Of a DNA stretch of 64,000 nt, positions 38,301-53,077 are shown in pieces (the first letter of the stretch is position 1; each line of letters starts with the position of its first letter). Both the position numbers and the translations under genes were made by a program. Under the pieces are notes generated by a model. It had not been told where the DNA came from and made no database searches. It saw only the letters and a program-made list of their open reading frames with translations. This DNA comes from Adineta vaga (taxonomy: Eukaryota > Animalia > Rotifera), in NCBI GenBank assembly GCA_021613535.1, contig CP075497.1, positions 10,602,001 to 10,666,000 of the forward strand, in the 5' to 3' direction.

Positions 38301-41300
38301 AAAAGCAATTAAATGTTGAAAATGAAGTCAATAAATTAGAATTGAAAAGAAAGCAAGATGATATTGACCACTTTCAAAGAGTTAGTTTGATGAAAAATAA
38401 TTGTCTTTTTGTCAACGAAATTTCGTGTCATTTTTTCTAGATGCAAGATGCAACAAAACGAGAACATCAAGAAACAATTCATTTACTTGAAGTACGAAAT
38501 ATTCTTTCGTTTTGTTTTCCTTTGAAACTTTTCATTCATGAAATCTTTAGGAAAAAATTTATGATCTCGAACGAAAAACTGAATTACAATCTTTGAAACA
38601 TGAAGAAATTCTTTTAGAATTTGAATCTCTAAAAGCACGACGTGATCGAATGTTACCATCGTCATCCATAGCTATACTTTCAAATCATCATTCCTCACCA
38701 ATACCATCTCCACATCCATGGCCATTACCAACTATGGTCGATTCTCAAACATCACCTACAGATAATATGATGTCTTCAGTAGTACCACCACCTTCACTAG
38801 CTCCAACAGTTCAACGACCACTAATCAAATCGATTGCTAGTCAAGCAATAAATTTAGTAGAAAATCAAGATATTCAATCAAAGCTCACTTCAAATAATCA
38901 TACTGCTCAAGTAGTTATTGCCAAATATTCCTATGAACCATTACAATTTTCACCTAATGATCATCCTGAAGTTGAATTACCATTACGTGTTGGAGAATAT
39001 TATCTTACATATGGCGATGTTGATGAAGTAAATCAATGTTTTATTAAATATTGAAACAGAATTTACTTATCGTGTCATTTTTTAATTTAGGATGGATTTT
39101 ATGATGGAAGAAATTTAGAAGGTCGATATGGTTTAGTCGCATCGAATTTAGTTGAACCAGTGACCAATTCTAATGATTTACCTGAAACTGTTCGACATAT
39201 CGTTCAACGATTGACAGGAAGATTATTTACTGGTAAATCAAAATTGAATTTCTCTTTTCAATACTCTTCTCTCTCTCTCTCTTTCTTACAGATGGAACAA
39301 TATCACCCCGTCGTGATCCAATTCTTAGTATGGATTCCGAAATTACATCTATCAATGTACCAGCTACATATCGAAAACAATGTAAGAATAGTTCATTAGA
39401 TTATTTATATAATAATCACAATCTCTTTTTATTTTTTCTTTATCAGTATCATCTACGCCTGGAGCTCTTTCGGATAGTTCCTCAACGAATGGTCTTTCTT
39501 TCGGAAAACATGGTAAGATTGAAATGATTTGAAATTATTTAACTTAATGAACTACTGTTTCTTCAGTCCCATGTCCGATGAATCTTCGTGTAGAAAAATA
39601 TTTGACCAATAGTGTTTTAATTGCATGGAATCCTCCATCAACAACAGTACAAGTACTCGGTTATCAAGTATTACTTGATCATTCTTTGTATACTACTATT
39701 CGTGCTAATGAACGTACACGTGCATTAATTGAAAACATCAATTTAAATGAAAAACTTCATCGTTTAAGTATTCGAACTATTACACAACGTGGTTTATCAC
39801 GAGATCAAGAATGTACATTATTATTAACGATGCCAAATTCTAATGGAAATATGAATGAATTGTCCTATGCACCAAGTGATTTACGTGTTGATCGTATTAC
39901 TCAAACATCAGCCGTTGTGTCTTGGTGGCCGGCATCAAATGATATTGTTCATAAATTATTTGTGAATGATATCGATGTTCAGACATTAAAAGCAGGTGTT
40001 TATCGATTTAAATTATCAGGTTTAATACCAAACACCGTACATAAAGTAGCTATTAAAGCCAAACCAACGAATACAACGAATACACAGCAACAACAACAAC
40101 AACAACTAACAGCTTCCATTGAATTTCGTACAACATCATTTGGTAATCGTCAAATATTATCTTGAACACATTGTTTTTATTCATTTTTGTGCCTTTTTAT
40201 TTCCAGATGAATCGATTGAACCACCAAAACGAGTCCAAGTTATAGCCGGTCCACAATCAAATACATTACTTGTTTCTTGGGAACAACCCTTAGTATCTGC
40301 TACAACAACAGCAACAACAGTAGCTCGTGGTTATCGAGTTCTTGTAGATGGTCGACAATTACAAGACATAACGAATCCATTAAGTTAGTAATCAAAATTT
40401 TAATTATGTCAAAAAGAAAATGTTCTTTAATTATAGATGATCATACTGTTATTAATATGAATGCATTAAATCACGGAAGATTTTTAACAATTCGTACGTT
40501 AACAGAAAATGATGGCGAATCACATGATTCTATTCCAATAGATCTTGATGAAATTTTGAAAAAAGTACGTCAATTCTTCTTTTTTAATTATTTTCTTAAT
40601 ATTTCTTCTTGTTTAGTTGGATGTTGATGTTTCACCATTACTGCCACCAACACTACCGGCCACCGCCCACAGCACCTCTACCTTCTGAAGAAACATTTGA
40701 TAAAGATTACGTACCACTTACTGCTTCATCTTCAGTTACATTGAGAACAACTTCTGAAGACGAGATAGCAAATCCTGAACCACAAATTCTTCCTCCACCA
40801 CTACCGCCTCCATCAGTGCCACCACCACCTCCACCCGTTCAACCACCGCCACCACCCCCCTCAAATGTTGCAGAAACTCCGCCAAAGGTTTGACTTTTTT
40901 ACTTTTCCTGACCTATCTATGAAAGTTTTCTTTAGTCTTCTCGTCAACAGGAATTTACTCAACCACAGCCACCACCGCCGCCACCACCACCGCCATCAAT
41001 GACAACACCATCAGCGAATATTCCATCAGTTCGACAATCCCCATCAGTTTCATCACAGTCATCAATGAATGCTTCTCTACCACCAACAAAATCTTCAACA
41101 ACTAATCCCGATAAAATCCGTCCAATTCATAAAACTTCCACACGCATGGCTGGCATTACACCGATCCAATCACCATCGAAACCTTCAACAGCAGTAGCAC
41201 CACCATCAACGACAACATCCGCCAGTACAGATGTACCACAAATAGAAATAAATTCACCAAGTCCAAATAGTCCTATTATTAATTCGACAGCCAAGTCAAA

Positions 41301-42605
41301 AAATGGTCATCGTGATCAACATGATCAACCACCGCAACGTTTTGGATATGATTCTTATGTGAAACAGCAACAACAAGAAGATACTCCTCCAGCACCGATA
41401 AAATCCCCCAATGCTCAACGAAAAGCAGCTAAAACATCTACAACTATTTCACCGGTAAGACAACGTGATCATGCTGATACAAAGCGAACAACAGGTCCAT
41501 CACTCAATGGAAATCCACATATGAATAAAACCAAAATCATTTCACCACGTCATACATCAACATCATCAGAAGAACAACAACATATAACACCACCAATGCC
41601 AATGAAATCAGTTAAATCCAAAGAACAAACACCAACACCGTCAACATCTGTTTCATTTACAAATAATAGTCATATGATTAAAACAACTAGTCCTCCACGG
41701 TTATTTATTGCTTTATTTGATTATGATCCTAATGCAATGTCACCAAATAAAGATAATGAAGAAGAATTACCATTTAAAGAAGGACAATTAATTCGAGTAA
41801 GAATTCATTGCATCGATCATTTCAATCTATTCTACAATGATTTCTATTTAGATCTATGGTGATCAAGATGCTGATGGATTTTATATAGGTCAAACTGAAA
41901 ATGGTCGTACTGGTTATGTTCCAAGTAACATGGTATCCGAAGTTCAACTTGATGATGCAGAAATAGAAGCACATTTACTTGCTGGTACAATTAATTTAGA
42001 AAATTCTAATCGTATATCAACTAGTAGTAAGTAAATGAATCTTTTCTTAGAATTGCGATGATATTCTTGTTTTATTTAGCGGCATCAACTTCAAGTGCAA
42101 CAACTTCATCAGCAACGAAACGTTTATCACCTGCAACAAATCCATCAAGTTCGAAATCTCCAACCCAATCTATAAAGAAAATGGTAGCTCTATTTGATTA
42201 TAATCCTACAGAACATTCTCCTAATGCTAATCCTGATGAAGAATTATCATTTCGATCGGGTGATACTATTTATGTTCATGGCACTGTTCATGACGATGGA
42301 TTTTTTCTTGGTGAATTACAAAATGGTTCTAAAGGTTTAGTACCATCCAATTTTCTCAAAGAAGTTTCATCAATAACTACGGATGAAAATGCACATCAAC
42401 AAGATAATGAACAAGTTATACCTACTGAAAATAAGGTAAAGAAAGTTTGACAATTTTTTTTCATTAATCTTCATCATCTGTTTTTTTCCTTTTATTGTTT
42501 AAAGAAATCATCTTATCGCCGGTAAGATTATGATTGTTGTTTAGAATTTTCTTTAGAAATCATATTCAATTTTGTTCTATTTTCAGTGGTCCTCATCAAG
42601 TATAG
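32377..42605 (+). CDS. RIMBP2: RIM-binding protein (coiled coil, SH3, 3x FN3, Pro-rich region, 2x SH3)
   Basis: [12 protein letters not shown]... coiled coils; [22 protein letters not shown]...GDVDEDGFYDG (SH3-1); FN3 repeats 39567-40565; [15 protein letters not shown] and [15 protein letters not shown] (SH3-2/3). Exact N-terminus uncertain. Confidence 0.9.
33376..33387. promoter_or_regulatory. NRF1-like site TGCGTATGCGCA upstream of the nested cytochrome c
   Basis: 11/12 match to the NRF-1 palindrome TGCGCATGCGCA, ~260 nt before ATG 33648. Confidence 0.4.
33648..34434 (+). CDS. CYCS: Intronless cytochrome c with a long Gly/Lys/Asp/Ala-repeat N-terminal extension; 2-nt frameshift near 33948
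   Basis: [18 protein letters not shown] (heme CxxCH), [24 protein letters not shown] (Met80 ligand). The repeat ORF from ATG 33648 joins the cytochrome frame if GATAGG is restored to the repeat consensus GATAAAGG. Confidence 0.9.
33740..34108 (+). repeat. Coding minisatellite, ~27-33 nt units encoding GGDKGG(E/A/D)AKSG
   Basis: Recurring ggtggtgataaaggtggtgaagctaaatcaggc-type units with synonymous variation. Confidence 0.9.
36139..36225 (+). CDS. Probable alternative first coding exon of RIM-BP (short isoform)
   Basis: ATG-initiated [29 protein letters not shown]|GT, phase 0, compatible with the acceptor at 36308; no obvious acceptor directly upstream; CG-rich patches at 35761 and 36000. 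Confidence 0.55.
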
Positions 42606-42973
42606 ATGATATTCTCTTCCAAAACAAAACGAACTTTATTTGATAGTTTCCTCGATCCATTATATTCAACAGTGAACGAACTCATCTTCTGCTTTGAAAA
42701 AAACTCTACTCAGGTTTTCTTTTTCGTACAGTAAATGAGAACAAACAGTGTCTATGTAAATGTGTAATTTTCCGGTAGTGTTAACCCTTTCATCTTTTCA
42801 CCTATCATTATCTGTATATAATATCTCCGATGATTGAATTTTGTTTGTTTCTGTTTGATCGTTACATTTCGAAGATTTGTTGTTTGAATTTTATTTTAAA
42901 AAAATTGGAGAAAAGACAATATATATTGACAAACGAATTAGTTTGTTGAATATTTCGATCAAGTAAAAGTGAT

Positions 42974-44466
42974 CTATTTTGTTTTACGATAATGTGAAGT
43001 ATTGGTTGAATGAGAATCATAACTATGAAGTATATTTTGAAATAATGTTGGAAAACGTTCAGGTAACAGAAGACGTTCAACATAAGTTGGTGCGTGGTAA
43101 CGAAGAGGAACTTCAGGAAATGTGACAAGCACATAACGACTAACGAGAAAAAAAAAGAAACAATAGAAAAGTTTTTTTAATTATGAAAAGATTTGTTGAA
43201 TTAACCTGCATTTCGATGGAATCGATACTGTACGTTGTGCCCCAATACAAACAGGCGTTTCAGGCATATCTGATTCGATTGATATATGAGTATATGCTGA
43301 TGGTGGACTAGAAAATTGAAAGGATATAGATAAACATCGAAAAATCAAATCAAGTTTCTATTCATTGCGATATTGAAAAGAGATTTAATTACAGATAGAT
43401 TTTCATTAAAAGGAAAGTTTTCTGTCAACAAACCGAGATTTTAGACTTGATAGTTGTGTTGTCGGCGTTGTGTTTGATTTTGCTCGTTGTTTAGTTAAAA
43501 ATGATTTTATAGGTAATCGTTGGCGAACGGGAATTGCTGAACCAGTGACAATGGTTGGTCGATTTTGTTGCTGTGATGAAGTGATTCTTGATAATGGAGA
43601 TTCTTTTCGTTTATCATTTTGATTATTATTATTCATCATCATCAGTGATGGTGATGGCGCTCCACCTGCTGGTATAGGTGATGATGATGATGATATTGAT
43701 TTGGAGGAATTAGGACGTTGTTTTGGTGTATCAGATCTTTCATGTAAATCATTGAAAGGATCTTCGAGAAAGGTAACACTTTTAACTAATGGTGGATCAC
43801 ATAATTCATTTTGTTCATTCGATAAAAACGATTCGGGAAAGTTTGAAGCTGTTGGAATTGTTATAGGTAGAGATATATGACGATTGGATGAAGGATTTGG
43901 AGTCGATTCTTCGTTTGTTTCACATATTTCATCAATTTGTTTTGTTTTTGATACATGACTCATCTGTTGTTGTACATCGTCTTGTGAAGAAAGTAAAATA
44001 AAAATAACAATACATACCTGTTTACTAAAAATAAGCATACCATTCAAATTAGAATTGCTCAATTGCTCTCGTGTAACACAATGTTTTGAATCAAAAGCAT
44101 TAATTGATGCATTCATTGAATTATTATGTAATACCGGTGCTGTTCTTGATGTAGGAATTCGTTTACCTAAGAAATTCAGCTATCTATTTATGTTCTTTAA
44201 TAGAAAAAAAACGAAAGTTTCCTTTTACCAGTAACAATCTGTTTTTGAAAAGTATCAAATTTAATATCATTTGAATAATATAGATTGAATAATTCTTCCA
44301 TATCATATTTCGATTGTTTCATTCGTTGTAAACCATTCGTTTGATTGTTAATTGAATTTCGAAATAATTTTCTTCTTGTTGTAACTAATGGTGCTGATCG
44401 ATTCGAAAAAGTACTTAGTTTTGTTGCTGTTGACCAACCAGTTGTTGGTCGACTTCGAGCAGACAT
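42974..44466 (-). CDS. Orphan S/P/T-rich protein, 5 coding exons
   Basis: MSARSRPTTGW...; phase-consistent introns (e.g. 54-nt intron 43964-44017); last exon SRYVLVTFPEVPLRYHAPTYVERLLLPERFP...RKTK*. Confidence 0.7.
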
Positions 44467-45265
44467 TGTCCTAAAAGAAAGATATTTTATCAAAGAAATT
44501 GCAAGTACATAGACAGACCTGGCTGGATTTTTGAAATAGTATAGAATACTTTTTTTTATTTAAATATAACCGATCGTCAAAGGTGATTATTTGTCAATAA
44601 CGTATATATGTAACTTTGGCTTCTTTATATTGATATAATATAGAAGACAAACTAGATTATTCCAAAGAAAAAAAAATCAATTTTTTTCTTCATGTCGAAC
44701 TGCGCTGTTTTGATTTGTTTACACGATCGGCAAAGTGATGCCGTTACTCTAAGAAATCTTTTTTTCTTCCTTTTGACAACATTGAAACTTCAATTGGAAA
44801 TTCGACCGCTTTCAAATCGTATTCATATGCAATGGTATTTTCTATCGTAATTAATCACTTCTTCACGTATCAAAGAACGAAACAATTATTAAATTACTTT
44901 GTTAATTAAAAGAACTAAATATGATTCTATAAAAACATATCAAGTATGAAAATCTATTGAGTGTAATTAATTGAAAACTTTTCTATGTATTGCAATCAGT
45001 TCGTGCAAGGACAAATGGAAAGTCAAAATACGAGACCTTGTAAATTCTATCAAGATATTCATGAAGATATGTTACGCATCCTTGTCGATGTTACTACGAA
45101 CAATGAGAGAGAGAGAGAGAAATGAGAAGATAGAAATTTTGAATGATCAGTTTTTTTTTAACAAAAAAAAAACAGTAATAACCGTAAACATAAAAACGTC
45201 TTCTTCTTGTTAATGATTCGTGTTAAACAATAAAAAAACGAAAACAAAAAACAATTTATAGAAGA

Positions 45266-48200
45266 TCATTTCTGATTTTGAAGTATGTTGATTATTGGAC
45301 CATTTCCCGTAAAGTTGAAAGATGTTGGTTGGCCAGCAGCAACAGATTGTGAAAAATTATAACCACCGGCCTCACGGATTTTGTTTGATTCTAAAATGAT
45401 TCTTAAGAAATTGACAAAAATAATCTCATTAGAAAATTTACCTTTTTCTTGTTTTCGTTTTTCTGTGTAATGAATGATAGTTTGAATTTGTGTACGTTGT
45501 TCAGCAGATAAACTTTGTAATAATGCTTGATTATAACCAGTTGTATCTGCTTGTAGTTCTATGAAAATAAAACGAATTAAATTAAAGAGAAGAATATGCT
45601 GGAGAAAGATTTACTTTGTAAACTTTCGCAAAAGATTTGAAATTCATCGATATCTTCATTGGCCTCGAGAACAGTAGAATAGGATTCAAGATCCGTTTCA
45701 TCTATATCAAAATCACTGCCTTCATCATCGTCATCATCATCATCATCTGCATCAAGACCATCACCAGACATTTCTTGGTCAGGTATCTTCAATAAAAAAT
45801 TATTAAAATTTCCATTCTTCACAGCATTCTTTCCTTACTTTTCCTTTATATTTTGCCAAAAAATCATCTTCATGTTCAATTGTTTCATCATCTCCATCCT
45901 CAATTTCTACAACACATAACACATCATATCTCCTTTTATCAGTTACATTAATTCTACTTTACCACTAGCAACGGAATCATCATCATCATCACTATCATCG
46001 TCACTATCATCTTCTTCATTGTGTTGATAAGTTTTCATTAAACCTTCATAGATTTGAATACAATTTGGAAGAATTTTTGGTACGATTTCCGATATTGCTG
46101 GATAGTAACTCGCATCGATACGAAGAAGAGTACAAAGACCAAGTCCACAAACACGACGATCATGTACACCGGCAAATAGACGACAATTAATCATCCATTG
46201 ATTGAAGAAACTACCAATGATTTTTTGTGTACTTGGATCATTTGCAGCAACTGTATTCAATGTTTGAAAGAATGTATCGGGATTCAACCATAAAATAACA
46301 ATAAATACTTGAATTAACATTAAACGTAATTCACTGGTGACAACTTCACGTTCGAAACGTTTAGCTATTAATTGAACTATAGCAGGTAATGCCTGAAGTG
46401 CATGAATGTTTGTTCTATTCAAATAATAAATGAGACTACTTACAACATTCATATTCTCTTGACATTGAAGAATAATAACTTCAATTAATTTCGCAGCATG
46501 TGCTTCAGAATCTTCACCGAGATCATTGACTATTACCTAAAAATCAACGAGAAAGTTTTCAATAAAAAAACACAAAGTACTATTTAATTTCTGATATCTT
46601 ATTGATTACTTACATGTTTGCACATTTCTAAAATGATTTCAAGTCGATCAGGTTGTGACAAAAACGATGGTGTATCATTAACAATATAATTATGTAAACA
46701 ATTCATAATTTCTAAGCAAGAAAAAGCATCGAATAGAAAGAGAATTATCTGCTAGTCTTTCTTACCAGCAAAATAATCAGCAGCATCTCGATAGAATGCT
46801 TCTTTAATCAAATAAAAGACTTGCCACATTAATGGACTAATCGTATTTATTGTTAAAGTATCGACTAATGTTAAAATTTCTTCATAGAAATCTTCAAAAG
46901 AAAACATTTTTATTTTCTTTCTAATTAATTATTTTTAATATTTACCAAGAATACCATCGCGTAATACCATCACAATTGCTTCATAGATAAGTTGTTCAAT
47001 TTGTGCCAATAACTAAAGATACATCATTGAAAAAACGGTTCATTTTAGAAAACATTTCGTATCTTACTTCTGGTTTTTCACCCATACAACTAACAATTGT
47101 ATCTAATGTATTTAAAACTCCCATAGCTGCAACTGTTCTTTCTTCAACTTTTGCTTCATCACTTGCTGAACTTTCCGAAGAAATGACATGTTTAAAGAAT
47201 TCTACCAATTGTGCTGTCATTTGAACGGCAATCGGTTGTAATTCTTGATCGAATAGACCCACAATCTTTTGTAAAACAATCATAACATCATCGATTTCTG
47301 TTTTTCGTATTATTTCAATGATACGCATAACAATCACTTGTAAATGTGGAACAATAATTGCTTTGCCTTTTTCACCTGCATCCGAATCGGACATGAATAA
47401 ATTCAATGCCATTGCTGCTTCGATTTGTACGGGTAATGATGTATCGTTACATAAACAATGAATTAAATAGGTTAAACAACGTGTTGAATTTTCCGGATTA
47501 GAAAATTCAAGTTTTGAAAAATTTCTTATAGCATAACAAGCACGTGCACGTAAATATGCTGTTGAACTTTGTAATTCAGGAAATAAATATTGAGCAATGA
47601 TATTTTCTAATTGGTTTGCAAATGTTTTTTTCTTGATTAAAACATTACCAATAACACCTAACATATGTAAAACACCATCTTTTTGTTTTGTACTAATCGT
47701 ATCATTATGAATGACTGTTCCAAGAAAACTAACTGTTTTCATTAATACATCTTTTCGTTTCGCTACAGCATCCGAAAGAAATAATTCCGCAGCAGAAACT
47801 GGACTGATATATTCATCTAAGATATCTAAATCAAATAAAATCAAATGAGTGAGTTTTTTTTTTGTTATTGTTATTCAAATAAGAGAAATACCAAGACGAG
47901 CACGAACAAATTCAACAGGTTCATCATTGAATAATTCAATATCATCATCATTGATACATAACAATGGATAGATAATATCTTGAATTAAAACAACGATATT
48001 ATTTTGAACAATTTTCCATGAAAATGCATGACGAACACTAGAATAAGAAAAACATAGTGAAAGAAATGACAAAAGAAAACCTTTTCAATTACCTTTCTCG
48101 TAGATAATTAAGAGACAGTTGTACAACACGTGGTGAAACATAAATTTTTTGTCGATAAGCTTCAAGTGTATTGAAAACAAGTGTAATAACTTTAGCTAAA

Positions 48201-49726
48201 TGAAAAATATTCTAATGAATCGAAGAAAAACTCATTATTTTCATACCAGAAAAGCCTTTCAAATAGAAATTAGCAAATTCAAGTCGTTCAGATGATGGTC
48301 CTTTTGGTAAATTAGCTGGTGATCCATGTCTAAAACATCAGAGAATAGTAGATCGTTCAATATGAATTGATTGTTTGTCTACCTTTCAAATGTTCGAATA
48401 AGAATATGTAATGCCCATTTTTTACATTTCCACCATGGATGATCAGCTCGATCATCTTCATCAAGTGTATCAAGACGTTCAGGTAAACGTCTTTCAAGCA
48501 TCATACAACATGTATCCAGCCATGATGCCATTGTTTGTGTTGGCAGTACTCGAAAACTTAGATGAAGCTAAAATATATCATAATTGAATATTCATATTTG
48601 ATTGTTTAAAACCTTTTTTTTTCTATCAAAATTTATTCATCCATATATTTTGTTTATCTCGAAATATTGTTATTTCGTACTATCATGTCATTGACAATCG
48701 ACTACTTAAAATATTCTTAGTCAAACAAGAGTAAAACATTATTCTCGCAATGTTAGAAATGTCGCAAATTGAATTCTTCTTTACATACTTGAGTATAAGC
48801 ATGAAAGATTTTTAAAATTTGTTTTTGTATAAGTGCTGATTGATCGGAATCATTATGAGCAAATAATTGCATAAATCGTTGATGAAGAAGTGGTAGAATA
48901 ACGATCATAACATCGTCCATTGGTCCACGATCTTCAACTTTCTTATATCTAAATATCATTCGATCGTAAAAAGCATCATTATAAACAAATGAAAATATAC
49001 TCATAATATTGAACAAGCATATAGAAAACTAATAGAACACTTGTCCATGTTTCAATATTATCACTTGATAAACATGTATGGATTTGATTCATAAATTGTG
49101 GCCATTTCAATGGAAAATCGTTTTTAATCATTGTGCCTGCTGCTGTTATTAATTGACATCTTCAAAAGATATATTTTTTTTTCGTTTTATTATCAATATA
49201 TTTCATTGGTATTTATTTACCTTAATGGATCTTTCATACGTATGATAGCATCAATAAGAACGTTTCGTAAATAATCTTTATCAGTATCTGATATAAGTGA
49301 AGATTTTGAAACATCACCATTAACTTTTGGAATATCGACATTGACTGCATCAGCTAATGCAAGAATATCGGGATCAGTTGTCGAAGAAGAATCATAACCA
49401 TCAGACCAATATGCATTAATATGATTTTTTAATAAGATAGCACCTAAAAGAACACGTTCTTTGATAAGAACTCGAAATAAAACATGATAAAGAATTTAAT
49501 ACCAGCTTGACGTGCACCCATATCACATTGTTCATTGAGAATAATTTGAATGAGACATGAGATGAAACCAGGTGCTTTCCAGAACTAAATCGAATATGCT
49601 CGATAAAAGAATGATTTTAGAAGAGAAAAGAAAAGTACAAACTTCAGCAAGTTTGTCTTCAGCTTGCTTGCGCATTTGAGGCACAAGTGTTGCCTGAAGT
49701 GCTTCAATCACCGGGGCAAGATCCAT
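45266..49726 (-). CDS. IPO7: Importin-7 (importin-beta family)
   Basis: MDLAPVIEALQATLVPQMRKQAEDKL...RQAGAILLKN (IBN_N), HPWWKCKKWALHIL, KDGVLHMLG, LRARACY, HDRRVCGLGL, acidic loops, C-terminal GGYNF...SFNF. Confidence 0.93.
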
Positions 49727-50389
49727 GATATTTGCTGTTCTAAAAATATAACTATCGCGTAATTATAACGAAATAAAGAAAAAAAGTTCGAACTAAATCA
49801 AATTGCATAAGAAATAGTGGATAGTTCAGAGTAAAACATATAAACCAACAGAATCTATTTTTTGATCTTTGAATACTTTTCTTCGAGAATATTTTCCACG
49901 GAATTTTCTCTGATTTTTAACAGTGAAAAAGAGCGATTTTTCGAATGATTTCATTAGAATATAGATGTCACTTTTATGACTCATCGATCCTACCCAGCTG
50001 TTCTCTCTCGAGGTTCGATTAGATTTCTTGTTGTTGTTATCTTTTCTTTCAATCTTATTTATATCTATTTGTCTATAGTCGCCATACGATCATGGACATT
50101 TAATATCGACAAAAAACAACACATAAAATATATCGTAAAAATTTTTCTTTCCATTCAGTTTGTATTTGGTCAGTACAGAAGAATGGCGCTAGTTATTATT
50201 TATTTCATTTGTTTTTCTTTTTCTTTCGTTCTTTCTATTTCGTCCATTGAGTCCGAAATAATCATCAATTGTTTTCTTATTTTCGATTCGATGACGCATT
50301 CATTCTATGATTCAGAAATATTTATTTCTATTTACCATACTTAAATCTAAACAATCAGTTTCGACTAATGATGATAATAATAATCATAA

Positions 50390-50422
50390 ATATACATACA
50401 TACATACATATATATATATATA
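50390..50422. repeat. (TACA)n/(TA)n microsatellite
   Basis: tatacatacatacatacatatatatatatata. Confidence 0.8.
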
Positions 50423-50860
50423 GACATGAATAATCGTTCTCTATTCTTCGATATTTCTTTTTCTTTCTTCAACGTCAGACAGTAACAGAGAGTGCGTTAT
50501 GGACAGAAGAACAACTCTAGTGATGAGAGAATAGATTATCGACAAACGATGTTAGTACGAAGAATTCTATCCTAGTGCATGCGTTTTTCCTGTTCGCACA
50601 ACTATCGCCACCACCCCCGACTATTTTCCTACTGTTGTTATTTATTCGCTTTCTCCTTTCTTGCTTATCTAGTGTCTTTTTTTTTCTTTTTCTCTATAGT
50701 TATGTACTATTCTGCTACTGATATTCTCGTACGTTCTCTATTTTCAACCTTCGTTTTTCTATTAATATCAGTACTCGATTTCATATAACTTACTATTTAT
50801 TCCTTCTAGATTGTTAACTAGAGCCATTGTTTTTTGAAGATATTAAAAACTAATATTCAA

Positions 50861-51333
50861 ATGGCAGGTTGGGATCAGTATGTCACAAATTTAACCAGTC
50901 AAGGCATTACACATGCTGGAATTTTTGGTGCTGATGGATCACGATGGGCTGCATCAGCGACTTTTCCTGTAGGTTCTTTTTTTTGTTAAAATCCATGAAA
51001 ATTTATCAAGTATCATTGATTTTGTTTAGAATATTGATAATCTTAAAGAAGAATTGCCCAGAGCTTTTTCAACACAACCAGCTGGTATTTTAGTTAATAA
51101 TGAAAAATATATATTTATCCGTAATCAAGACAATTTTGCTGTCTTTCGAAAAGCTGCTGATGGTATGGTTATTGTGAAATTAAATCAAGGTAAATTTATT
51201 TCACAGGAATAGAATTGATAAAGATTATTTCTTTCTAGCATATATTGTTTCTATTGGCGTTAATCAAAAGCCAGAAATGTTAGTAGCAGCAACCAGCAAG
51301 ATTGGTGAATACTTGAAAAATTGTGGCTATTAA
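50861..51333 (+). CDS. PFN: Profilin (120 aa, 3 exons)
   Basis: Exons 50861-50968, 51030-51189, 51239-51333: MAGWDQYVTNL...HAGIFGADGSRWAAS...GILVNNEKYIFIR...KIGEYLKNCGY*. Confidence 0.92.
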
Positions 51334-53077
51334 TCGTAGTCATATTTGTCTTGTTATCCGGCGCATTATTTCATCATTTTTTTGTTCCTTAAGGTTTCTT
51401 ACACCTCTTTTTTTTGCGTCATTAGTGGTTTGTGTGTGTGTATTCTTTTCTCTTTTATGTTAGTCAATGCTTTTCTGCTACTGCTACTGCTGCTTCGTTT
51501 TTCTTTCTTCTTCTCATTATCTTACTTATACATCTGTCTTCTTTTTTAAACCATACTTTCATAAACAAAACGATTGATATGATCATGATCTTTCTTTCTC
51601 TCTTTCTCTGCTATTTATCATCGTGCTTAGCGCATCGAAAATCTCATTATTTTTTAATCTGATCTATTTTATTGTTTCGCTTGTTCATCATATGTGAATA
51701 TACACGCAAAAGTTAGCGAAAAATCTAACAAAAACAACGATTCAAAAACATTTTGTATACTTTTTGTCTTTATCACGCATAAATGAGCAAATGTACAATC
51801 ACATATAGATCTTGCTTATGTTTTTTCTTCTTTTTGTTTTTAAATCTGCGCTGCTTAAAAAGACAAATAAAGAGATGAGATATATGATGTTTTCGATTTG
51901 GAATTTTTTCTTTGATTTTTTGAACCCAAAAACGAAATATTCTTGTGAGCTTTATATGGTGCTATGATTGTGGTAATGATGTTCTTGTATTTGTGTAAGA
52001 TTGTTCGAAAAGAAAAGAAAAAAAACAACAGTATTAAAGTCAAAATGAATATTAATAACTAACGATCAAATATCACGCCAGAACAGTTGATTCATCCATC
52101 CTTCCAATGAATGAATCATAATCACGTGTAGTAACTTGAAACAGAAAGGATAAAATTACTCGATGTATTTTGTTATTATCTATCGTTGTACTCATCAAGG
52201 AGAAGATTTTAAATCTAGACTCTTACAATGTCCTTATTTATCGAACTAAATATTTGTAGCAATAGTTCAGAGTGTACAGTAAACTTTTTGATCTGTTCTA
52301 ACGTGCGAAAACAAATAATATCTACATATGTGTTGAAAATAAAATGTATTAATTGTCAACATGTCAGAAACGTTTAACTCCTACTAATTCTGACATTTTC
52401 TTGAAGAGAAAAGGCGGTAAACTGTTTTTAGAAGAAGTATATAATTGGTGATAAATGGAGTCTTTCAGGTAGTTTGACAGTTTAATGATAAAATGATTTA
52501 TGGACGTGATTTGTAGTCAGTAGAGAGAATGATTCGACAATTAATATCTCTTCAGATTGGTTAACTATGAATATGTTGATTTTTTATTTATGGCTAATTT
52601 GATGAGTCATACGATTGTAAAAAGGCATGTCATTTCTTAAACCAGAATCACGTGATTTGAAAATATGATGACTCAAATTTTGCAACTGTTTATTGTTTTG
52701 AATTAATCGTTGAAAAACATTTAATTAAATTCTTTTTGACTTTTTTCAGACTCAAATTTTCTCTTTTGAAATTTTTCGACGGTAAGCAAATCCATCTGAG
52801 TTAAAAGGAAGTATCAATATGTCATAGTCCCAAATGATTGAATTTAAGATAAATTTGTTCAAAACTGATAACAGACAAAGTATTTTGGAACATATACTGA
52901 TAAAATTTTTGATATGTCTGGCGCAAAAGAGGAACATGCAGAATTATTATCAGTCTCGTGCACATACTTTATCGTGTGCAATATAAACGCGCCACATTTG
53001 CATTATTTCATCAATCATTGTAATTTTCATTTTTGAATAGTTCGTACTCCTCTTGAACAAGAAAAAAACTCATTGCA

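Noticed and set aside
49976-52937. Many 60-120 aa Phe/Leu/Ile-rich ORFs in the track (also at 21600-25000 and 34500-35000)
   Set aside because: Translations of T-rich UTR, intron or intergenic DNA, often with TTG/GTG starts; not credible membrane proteins.
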